NCBI GenBank assembly: GCA_934141605.1
Contig: CAKPCL010000005.1
Span: forward strand, 4,574-68,573
Reading direction: 5' to 3'
Length of the DNA: 64,000 bases
DNA from: an uncultured Clostridia bacterium
GTDB taxonomy: Bacteria > Bacillota > Clostridia > TANB77 > CAG-508
Part shown: positions 42,360-49,152 of the stretch, piece after piece
Layout: every line of letters starts with the position of its first letter
Position numbering within the stretch: position 1 is the first letter of the stretch
The notes under the pieces: model-generated
What the model was told of the DNA's origin: nothing
Database searches by the model: none
What the model saw: the letters and a program-made list of their open reading frames with translations, nothing else
Position numbers and translations under genes: made by a program

Positions 42360-43316
42360 CTATTCTTTTTCTTCTACCCCTGTTGCAATTACAGTAACTT
42401 GAACTTCATCTCCCATATTTTCATCAATTACAGTTCCAAATATTATGTTTGCATCTTCACTTACTTTTTCATTTATGATAGAAACTGCACTATTTATTTC
42501 TATAAGGCTTAGTGTATTATTTCCTTTTACATTGAATATTACTCCTTTTGCTCCATCTATTTTGCTTTCTGTTAGTGGATTTTCTATTGCTTGTTTTACT
42601 GCTTCTTCTACTTTTTTCTCTCCTGATGCTCTACCTATTCCCATATATGCTTTTCCTCTATAGCTCATTGTTGTTTTGATATCAGCAAAGTCTATATTTA
42701 CTTCTCCTATTGATGTTAATAGGTCTGTTATACTAGTGATTCCTTGTTCTAAAATGTCATCTGCTAATGAAAAAGCATTGTTTAGTGTTACTTTTGAGTC
42801 TGTTACTTTTAAAAGGTTGTCGTTTAATACAACTATTAAGTCATCAACATTATCTTTTAGTCTTTCTGTTCCTTTTTCTGCTCTTAGTTTTCTTGCTTTT
42901 CCTTCAAATGCAAATGGTTTTGTTACTATTCCTATTGTTAATATTCCCATTTCTTTTGCTATTTCTGCTACTATTGGGGCTGCACCTGTTCCTGTTCCTC
43001 CACCCATTCCGGCTGTTATGAATACTAAGTCTGAGCCTCTTAGTATGTTTTTTATATCTTCTTTATTTTCTATTGCTGCTCTTTCTCCTATAATTTCATT
43101 TGCTCCTGCTCCTAGTCCTCTTGTTGTTTGTACTCCTATTTGTAGTGTGTTGCTGGTTCTTGCTCTTTTTAGTGTTCCTGTTTCTGTGTTTATCATGTAA
43201 AATGATACTCCTTTTACATTGTCTTCTATCATCCTTGTTATTGCGTTGTTTCCTGCTCCACCTACTCCTATTACTTTTATTTTTAGTATTTTGTCTAGGT
43301 CTCTTATATCGTTCAT
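42360..43316 (-). CDS. FtsZ-family tubulin-like GTPase, short form without C-terminal linker/tail
   Basis: GVGGAGNNA and GGGTGTGAAPIVAEIAKE signature. The protein ends right after the globular domain (…VIATGVEEKE), 318 aa. Confidence 0.85.
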   Translation of the reverse strand: MNDIRDLDKILKIKVIGVGGAGNNAITRMIEDNVKGVSFYMINTETGTLKRARTSNTLQIGVQTTRGLGAGANEIIGERAAIENKEDIKNILRGSDLVFITAGMGGGTGTGAAPIVAEIAKEMGILTIGIVTKPFAFEGKARKLRAEKGTERLKDNVDDLIVVLNDNLLKVTDSKVTLNNAFSLADDILEQGITSITDLLTSIGEVNIDFADIKTTMSYRGKAYMGIGRASGEKKVEEAVKQAIENPLTESKIDGAKGVIFNVKGNNTLSLIEINSAVSIINEKVSEDANIIFGTVIDENMGDEVQVTVIATGVEEKE

Positions 43317-43371
43317 TTTTTTACTTCCTCCCTGTTTTTCTGTTTGTTTTGCTTTGTTTCTTATTATATAT

Positions 43372-43409
43372 AAAAAAAGTCAAAAAAACAACTATTTTTG
43401 ACTTTTTTT
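43372..43409. terminator. bidirectional terminator-like hairpin
   Basis: A7-GTCAAAAA-loop-TTTTTGAC-T7. Confidence 0.55.
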
Positions 43410-43449
43410 CTTTATATATTGTAGATTTTATAATTAAAACTAATTTATG

Positions 43450-43699
43450 TTAAATAATAACTTTAAATTTTTCATATTTTTCACACAAATTAAGTGTTGA
43501 TTTATTTTTAATTTCTTGAATTGGAATTATAAATATGTCCATAGCATCAGTAAGTATGAATACTTCATCTATGTTAGTTTCTATTAATGTTTTATATGTT
43601 ATGCCTTTGGTTCCTCCACAACTTTTTAGTGCAACTTGATATTTATTATATTTAGTCTTACAAGATGTTGCTTTTTTCTTTATTTGTTTTAAAAATCAT
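43450..43699 (-). pseudogene. decayed copy of the PD-(D/E)XK endonuclease gene (internal deletion of about 130 nt plus frameshift)
   Basis: ATG 43699 gives MIFKTNKEKSNIL*. The remainder aligns with the C-terminal half of 48150..48533, and the deletion removes the D...QVK catalytic core. Confidence 0.75.
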
Positions 43700-43775
43700 A
43701 CTTTCACGCCCTTTAAAAGAATATTTGTTCGTATATTCGTTAAAAAATAAAAACAAGTTGCCTTGTTTTTATGGT
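43450..43775. repeat. direct repeat copy A (endonuclease region up to a CACCA tRNA-end-like junction)
   Basis: Aligns with 48150-48610 apart from the deletion. Positions 43604-43675 are identical to 48304-48375 (offset exactly 4700). Confidence 0.85.
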
Positions 43776-43955
43776 GCGTTAGCGGAGGACGTATTCGAAA
43801 AACATCACGCACAAAAGCACCTTATTATCCGTTTCAAAATTTGTTATAGCAATGGTTTGAAAAGAATGCATATACAAATGTGAGTTTTTTACCATAACTA
43901 TGTTCTTAATTTAACACAATTTTTTATTTTTTGCAAGATTAAAGTTATATTTTCA

Positions 43956-45626
43956 TTAGCTAATATTCTTGTAAAATCTATTATATTCTTCATTATATTT
44001 TTCATTTTGAGAATCATATTTTAATGCTTTTTCAATATCTGCTTTTGCTTGTTTGAAATTTGACAATCTATAATAAGCTACACTTCTATTATAATAGGCA
44101 AATGGATTATTCTCTTCCATTGATATTGATTTATCAAACTCTTTTATTGCATCATTTAATTTATTTAAAAAAACATAGTTTATGCCCTTATTTGCATAAA
44201 TTTGTGAATTGTATCCTATTTTATCCTGTAAAACTTCTAGGTCTTTTAAAGCTAAGTTGTATTCTCCAATTCTACAATAGCAATTTGATCTAGAAGATAA
44301 AGAATCACATTCTTTTATTTCATTATTAATGCAATATGTATATTTTTCAATGGCTTCAAAATATTTTTTTTGAATTTCAAGAATTTTTCCTATATAATAT
44401 ATTCCTATTCTATTTAATTCGTCATCATCCAATTCATTATCCACTTCTTTTAATACTTCCTTATATTTTCCTTCTAAAATAAGTGAATTTATTCTATTTT
44501 CAAAATATAACACCTTTTTATATGGTTTTTCTAAATTTTCAAGATATTTAAAAATTTCTTCATTAGCATTATATATTTCTATTTTTCCATTATTATATTC
44601 TACATCTATATTATATTTATCTTTTATACATTTTTTTATATGTGTTAATAATTCTTCTTTTTCATCATTGCCCATTTTTTGAGGTATTGTATTAGAAGAA
44701 ACTTGTACTATTATATTTAATAATCTTTCTAAATTCATTTCTTCAAAAGATTCCAACATAGGTTTTGGTAGAGTAAAAATAATACTATTCTTTCCTGTTT
44801 TTTCTATTAATAAATCTTGAAAATAGTAATCATATATTTCTGTAATATCCTCAATATTTCCAATATCTATTGTATTATTATTATCTTTCATATATTTCAT
44901 AAATTTATCATTTGAGCTATTAATTATGATTCTTATTTCACTCTGTTGAGAATAATAATTATCTTTTAAAAGTAATTCTTTTGGATATGGTATAGCAGAA
45001 ATTGAAACAACTTTTTTATCGATATACTCAACTGGCGAAATAATTATTTCATCTTCGCTTAGTCCAATTTTCTTTAAGGCATCTCTTACTCTTTCAAATA
45101 ATTTATGAGGATTATTAATAAACATAACAACAGATTTCTCATTATCCTCTATAGATTCGTAGTCTAATTCTGTGATATTGTTAGAAAAATCCGTAAAATA
45201 ACTATTTTCTACTCTAGATATATAATGTGCCTTTCCATCCTTTTCAATATTTTTTTGTGTGAAACTATTATCTTTTAACCCATAAAAACATATAGAATAT
45301 AATTCTTCTATCTTTTTCCTTCTAAAATATACAAATCCATTTTCATAAAAATGCGTTAGATTGCTATCTTTTTTTAACTTTTTTATAAAATTAGAGTTAT
45401 CATTCTCCTTTGCTGAAAGAAATGTCCCTTCTAAAACATCTCCTTGTCCTTTATTGCCATCCTTTTCAATTTGTATCCAATTTTTAGGTTGATTAAAGAA
45501 AATCTTTCCTTTTACAAATGATTCTGCATATTTTCTTTTTGTACATCTAAACAATAATATTGTTGAAAAATTAAAATTGAATACATTTCTAGGCTTGACA
45601 TATGGTGTTATATCTATATAATCCAT
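43956..45626 (-). CDS. 556-aa protein: unknown N-terminal domain plus C-terminal TPR repeats
   Basis: Start moved to MDYIDIT (AGAAGGGA RBS). The C-terminal approx 150 aa show TPR periodicity (…AYYNRSVAYYRLSNFKQAKADIEKALKYD). Confidence 0.55.
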   Translation of the reverse strand: MDYIDITPYVKPRNVFNFNFSTILLFRCTKRKYAESFVKGKIFFNQPKNWIQIEKDGNKGQGDVLEGTFLSAKENDNSNFIKKLKKDSNLTHFYENGFVYFRRKKIEELYSICFYGLKDNSFTQKNIEKDGKAHYISRVENSYFTDFSNNITELDYESIEDNEKSVVMFINNPHKLFERVRDALKKIGLSEDEIIISPVEYIDKKVVSISAIPYPKELLLKDNYYSQQSEIRIIINSSNDKFMKYMKDNNNTIDIGNIEDITEIYDYYFQDLLIEKTGKNSIIFTLPKPMLESFEEMNLERLLNIIVQVSSNTIPQKMGNDEKEELLTHIKKCIKDKYNIDVEYNNGKIEIYNANEEIFKYLENLEKPYKKVLYFENRINSLILEGKYKEVLKEVDNELDDDELNRIGIYYIGKILEIQKKYFEAIEKYTYCINNEIKECDSLSSRSNCYCRIGEYNLALKDLEVLQDKIGYNSQIYANKGINYVFLNKLNDAIKEFDKSISMEENNPFAYYNRSVAYYRLSNFKQAKADIEKALKYDSQNEKYNEEYNRFYKNIS

Positions 45627-45657
45627 AATTTTATCCCTTCTTTTAACACTATACCTT

Positions 45658-45681
45658 ACTGGTTCCACACTGTGGAACCAC
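45658..45681. repeat. 24-nt palindromic motif ACTGGTTCCACACTGTGGAACCAC (copy 1, intergenic)
   Basis: 9-bp perfect arms GGTTCCACA/TGTGGAACC. A second copy at 46396-46419 differs only at the central base. Confidence 0.85.
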
Positions 45682-45682
45682 T

Positions 45683-46711
45683 CTATTTCTTATCTTTAAA
45701 TTCTTCTTTTTGTTTTTCAATTTCTCTTGCTAATTCTTCTTCAGTTGGTAAATATAATTGATATTTTGACGCAAATAAATTCTTATTATCATTAAGAACA
45801 GAATATTTTACTATTGTATCTTTTTTATCTGAACACAATATAATTCCTATTGTTGGATTATCATCTTCTGCTTTTATTTCATTATCATAATATCTAACAT
45901 AAAAATCCATTTGTCCAATATCTTGATGTGTTAGTTTGTCCAATTTTAAATCAATTAAAACGAAACATTTTAGCACATAATTGTAAAACACTAAATCAAT
46001 ATAAAAATTGTCGCCATCTACATCAATTCTTTTTTGCCTTGCTACAAAAGAAAATCCCCTACCTAATTCTAGTAAAAATTCTGATATATGTTCAAGCAAA
46101 TTAGATTCTAAGTCTTTTTCTAAAAATCTTCTGTCTTTTATGTCTAAAAATTCTAAAACATAAGGGTCTTTAATAAAGTCTTGAACTTTCTCCTTTTTCT
46201 CTAAAATATTTATTTCATTTTTTACTTCTTCTTTATGTTCTTCACTTGTTGATAAAAGCCTTTCATAATAAAAACTATTTATTTGCCTTTCTAATTGTCT
46301 AACACTCCAATTTGACTTTATTGTTTCTTCTAAATAAAAATTTCTTTTAGCCTCATTGTCTATATTCATTATTAAACGATTATGGCTCCAACTCAACTGG
46401 TTCCACAGTGTGGAACCACCTTTATACGTTAAATAAAACTTTTTCATTTTCTTTAAATTTGGAACACTAAAACCTTGTCCAAATTCTCGAGTTAACTTTT
46501 CTGAAAACAATTTTAATATTTCATTTTGAGATGCCTCTAAATTATAGTTTTCAATTAATTCGTTTATAGTAGAACCAATTTCAAAGTATAATTCTACCAT
46601 TTCAGAATTAATATTTTTCACAACATTCTGCTTTGTTTTTAATATTAAGTTATTTATTCTATCATAGTAATTTCCAAATACTTGATTATTTTGTTCTATT
46701 AAATCAGCCAT
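45683..46711 (-). CDS. YhcG-like PDDEXK nuclease domain protein (DUF1016)
   Basis: LSWSHNRLIM, IDLVFYNYVLKCFVLIDLKLDKLTHQDIGQMDFYVRYYD typical of DUF1016. Confidence 0.8.
   Translation of the reverse strand: MADLIEQNNQVFGNYYDRINNLILKTKQNVVKNINSEMVELYFEIGSTINELIENYNLEASQNEILKLFSEKLTREFGQGFSVPNLKKMKKFYLTYKGGSTLWNQLSWSHNRLIMNIDNEAKRNFYLEETIKSNWSVRQLERQINSFYYERLLSTSEEHKEEVKNEINILEKKEKVQDFIKDPYVLEFLDIKDRRFLEKDLESNLLEHISEFLLELGRGFSFVARQKRIDVDGDNFYIDLVFYNYVLKCFVLIDLKLDKLTHQDIGQMDFYVRYYDNEIKAEDDNPTIGIILCSDKKDTIVKYSVLNDNKNLFASKYQLYLPTEEELAREIEKQKEEFKDKK
46396..46419. repeat. 24-nt palindromic motif ACTGGTTCCACAGTGTGGAACCAC (copy 2, inside the DUF1016 CDS)
   Basis: Read directly. Encodes part of ...GGSTLWNQLSW. 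Confidence 0.85.
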
Positions 46712-46784
46712 TCAATACCCTCCTTTGTTTTTTGCCAATAACATTGGCAAAATTTGATATTTCATAAAAAAATTTCCTCAAAAT

Positions 46785-47561
46785 TTAATTATGTTTATTT
46801 TTTATATATTCTTTTGCACATTTTCTTATATCTTCCATCTTTTGTTTTGTATCATCATTTTTATACTCAATTCTATCTACCAAAATATCTATATAATTAT
46901 TTTCTTGCACATATTTTAAAGATATATCAAAATTTAAATCAAATATAAAAGCTATTACGCAAACCCAATAGTCAATTATTGTTTTTCTATCTTCCAATTT
47001 TATACATTTGTGTTTCAAAAAGTCTTCATATACTTTTTTACTTACTGTTTCATAATTTATAGTTTTCTTATTATATATCTTTGGAAACATATCTTCAAAT
47101 TTATCTTCTTGTTTAACCCTAAAATTATCAATCTTATCTGCATCTCTTATTATTTTACAATGAAGTAATTCAATATCATTTAAGTTGTCTTCTATTTTGA
47201 ATTTATTATGATTATATATTGCTTTACTGATTATATTATCATATTTTCTATCTTCTATGAATTTTGCTATTAAGTTACTTTCAAACAATACTTTTATTCC
47301 AAAGTCTGCATGTTCTATATTTTTGTCACTAAACTCATTAAATTCTTTTATTTGTTCAAATCTTCCTATGTCGTGCAACAATGCTATTATTTTTGCAAGT
47401 TCAATATTTTCTTTATCTAGTTTTAGCCCTGTTGCTATATATTCACTTTTTTTAACTACTTCATATGTATGTTTTATTTTTAATTTAATACTGCCATTGT
47501 CTAAATCATAGTCTTTTAAATATTCTTTAAAACTTTCCTGTGCTTTTCTAAAATCGAGCAT
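46785..47561 (-). CDS. HD-domain phosphohydrolase
   Basis: HTYEV...LHDIGRFEQ...RDADKIDN (H..HD..D pattern). Confidence 0.75.
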   Translation of the reverse strand: MLDFRKAQESFKEYLKDYDLDNGSIKLKIKHTYEVVKKSEYIATGLKLDKENIELAKIIALLHDIGRFEQIKEFNEFSDKNIEHADFGIKVLFESNLIAKFIEDRKYDNIISKAIYNHNKFKIEDNLNDIELLHCKIIRDADKIDNFRVKQEDKFEDMFPKIYNKKTINYETVSKKVYEDFLKHKCIKLEDRKTIIDYWVCVIAFIFDLNFDISLKYVQENNYIDILVDRIEYKNDDTKQKMEDIRKCAKEYIKNKHN

Positions 47562-47588
47562 TTTCGATCCTTTCTATACTTTACATTA

Positions 47589-48071
47589 TTATAATACATC
47601 TATTATATCCAATGGATATAATTTATTTTCCTTAAGCATTTTTAATGTTCTCTTTATTAGTCCTTCATCTCTTAAATTTTCAATATTCATATTTTCTAAT
47701 TCTTCTTTTGAAATCCATTTGACATCTAAGATTTCTTCTTTGTTAAATGAAATTTTTTCTTCTAATAATTCTGTTGTAAATGTTATTATTATCAATGTAG
47801 TATCTTCTATATCTTTACTCATTATTGGAAGTACATTTTTTAATCTGACTTTGCATCCAGTTTCTTCAAATATTTCTCTAATAGCTCCCTCAAATATTGT
47901 TTCTCCTTTTTTTAAATGTCCTGCAGGGACGTTCCATTTTCCATAACATTTCTTTTTTGCTTCTTTAACCATTAATATTTTATTGTTTTTTTCAATAATT
48001 CCGCCTACAATAATTTCCACCTTTATTTTCCTACCTTTCAAAAATTGCAATAAATATCTCATTTTTCTCAT
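47589..48071 (-). CDS. NUDIX hydrolase
   Basis: Nudix box GHLKKGETIFEGAIREIFEETGC. Exact start uncertain. Confidence 0.85.
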   Translation of the reverse strand: MRKMRYLLQFLKGRKIKVEIIVGGIIEKNNKILMVKEAKKKCYGKWNVPAGHLKKGETIFEGAIREIFEETGCKVRLKNVLPIMSKDIEDTTLIIITFTTELLEEKISFNKEEILDVKWISKEELENMNIENLRDEGLIKRTLKMLKENKLYPLDIIDVL

Positions 48072-48149
48072 TTATATCATAAAATCCGTATAAAAACAAT
48101 TATTTCCATAAATTAATGTAAGAAATTATAACTTATATAGAGAATCTTT

Positions 48150-48533
48150 TTATATTACAATTCTATATTTTTCATACTTATCACATAAATTAAGAGTTGA
48201 TTTATTTTTTATTTTTTCAATTGGAATTATAAATATATCCATACTATCAGTAACTATAAACACTTCATATATATTTGTATTTATTATAGTCTTATATGTT
48301 TTCCCTTTGGTTCCTCCACAACTTTTTAGTGCAACTTGATATTTATTATATTTAGTCTTACAAGATGTTGCTTTTACTTGCACTCTCTTTAAAATATTAT
48401 CTTTATCTACAATTAAATCATAATCTTGTGTATCATTTAATGGAATAGAAACTGTATAACCATTTGCACTATAATATGCAATTGCTATTCCTAATCCAGT
48501 ATTTCCTTTTTCTTTATTTGTTTTAAAAATCAT
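48150..48533 (-). CDS. free-standing PD-(D/E)XK endonuclease of the I-Ssp6803I / group I intron-associated family (PDDEXK_5-like)
   Basis: MIFKTNKEKGNTGLGIAIAYYSANGYTVSIPLNDTQDYDLIVDKDNILKRVQVKAT has the D...(Q/E)VK pattern. It starts 73 nt downstream of the intron-containing tRNA. Start moved to the Met with an AAGGGTG RBS. Confidence 0.6.
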   Translation of the reverse strand: MIFKTNKEKGNTGLGIAIAYYSANGYTVSIPLNDTQDYDLIVDKDNILKRVQVKATSCKTKYNKYQVALKSCGGTKGKTYKTIINTNIYEVFIVTDSMDIFIIPIEKIKNKSTLNLCDKYEKYRIVI

Positions 48534-48610
48534 ACTTTCACACCCTTTTAAAGAATATTTGTTCGTATACTGATTAAAAAATAAAAACAAGTTGCCTTGT
48601 TTTTATGGTG
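48150..48610. repeat. direct repeat copy B (intact endonuclease gene up to the tRNA-Tyr 3-prime CACCA)
   Basis: See copy A. The shared sequence ends at ...ttatggtg in both copies. Confidence 0.85.
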
Positions 48611-48913
48611 GGCAGGGATGGATTCGAACCATCGTACTCAAATGAGAACAGATTTCTTACTACTATAGTTTTCACTACCAAATTTTTTGTTTGTAGTCTG
48701 GACTTTCTCTTTATCTTTTTCAAGATACCAGGTATAAAGTCTCTACACTCGGAATTTCTTCCTAGCTCGGGATTGCCATCAGCCTTTCCTGTTAAGGTTT
48801 CCCCGAATTAGCCTAGTTTTCATCTTACCATTACTGATAAGAGCTGCAAGTTTAGGTTTTTGTTTTAACCAAAGACCACAGTCTGCCGCCTTTAGCCACT
48901 CGGCCACCTACCC
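48606..48913 (-). tRNA. tRNA-Tyr (anticodon GUA) interrupted by a group I intron in the anticodon loop
   Basis: Exon 1 (48913..48878): GGGTAGG-TG-GCC-GAGTGGCTAAA-GGC-G-GCAGA-CTGT. Exon 2 (48655..48606): AAA-TCTGT-TCTCATTTGAGTAC-GATGG-TTCGAAT-CCATC-CCTGCCC-A-CCA. Joined they give a class II tRNA with loop CTGTAAA, closely matching the bacterial tRNA-Tyr pattern. Confidence 0.85.
48656..48877 (-). ncRNA. group I intron, IC3-like (222 nt)
   Basis: 5-prime exon ends in U and the intron ends in G. Core blocks AAUUCGGGGAAACCUUAAC, AUGGCAAUCCCGAGCUAGG, GAGUGUAGAGACUUU and AAAGUCCAGACUAC resemble the Anabaena tRNA-Leu and Azoarcus tRNA-Ile intron cores, recalled from memory. Confidence 0.8.
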
Positions 48914-48951
48914 ATATTCAATTTTAAGTTGTCGAGCTATCGACAATAGCT

Positions 48952-48980
48952 ATTATAAGCTTTTTAATAACTTTTGTCAA
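48952..48980 (-). promoter_or_regulatory. consensus sigma-A promoter of tRNA-Tyr
   Basis: Minus strand reads TTGACA-17 nt-TATAAT, leaving a 38-nt leader containing the nested palindromes GCTATTGTCGATAGC / TCGATAGCTCGA. Confidence 0.65.
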
Positions 48981-49011
48981 TACATTTTTTAAATTTTTTC
49001 ATATTTCTACA

Positions 49012-49152
49012 TCAAATCTCCACCAAAATCAAATCATCACCTATACACTTAACATTTTGCCAAGGAATAACAATATCATTATTTGAAGAAAAAATACTCA
49101 TAAACTTATTGCTACCAGGCACAATTATAGATGTCGTTGTTGCAAGATTGAT
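49012..49152 (-). pseudogene. 3-prime fragment of a YlmC/YmxH-family (PRC-barrel) sporulation protein gene
   Basis: …INLATTTSIIVPGSNKFMSIFSSNNDIVIPWQNVKCIGDDLILVEI* parallels B. subtilis YlmC …INVTTGKIQSIIIGGSGKMLGFFGKEEELVIPWRNIVKIGEDVILV, recalled from memory. There is no RBS, the N-terminal approx 25-30 aa are missing, and similarity stops near 49152. Confidence 0.55.

Noticed and set aside
43776-43860. Remnant tRNA 3-prime half next to repeat copy A (…GATGTTTTTCGAATACGTCC…ACGCACCA).
   Set aside because: A TTCGAAT T-loop-like string and a terminal CACCA are present, but the T stem and acceptor pairing cannot be formed convincingly. It is kept only as a remark within the duplication finding.
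48605-48811. Plus-strand 68-aa ORF (MVGRDGFEPS…).
   Set aside because: It lies entirely antisense to the tRNA-Tyr 3-prime exon and the group I intron. The RNA gene explains the conservation-like GC content.
48921-48950. Nested palindromes (TTGTCGAGCTATCGACAA / GCTATCGACAATAGC) considered as the att site of the serine recombinase.
   Set aside because: They lie downstream of a perfect TTGACA-17-TATAAT promoter, inside the tRNA-Tyr leader, and on the host side of the ylmC-like fragment. The element junction is more likely near 49112-49160.
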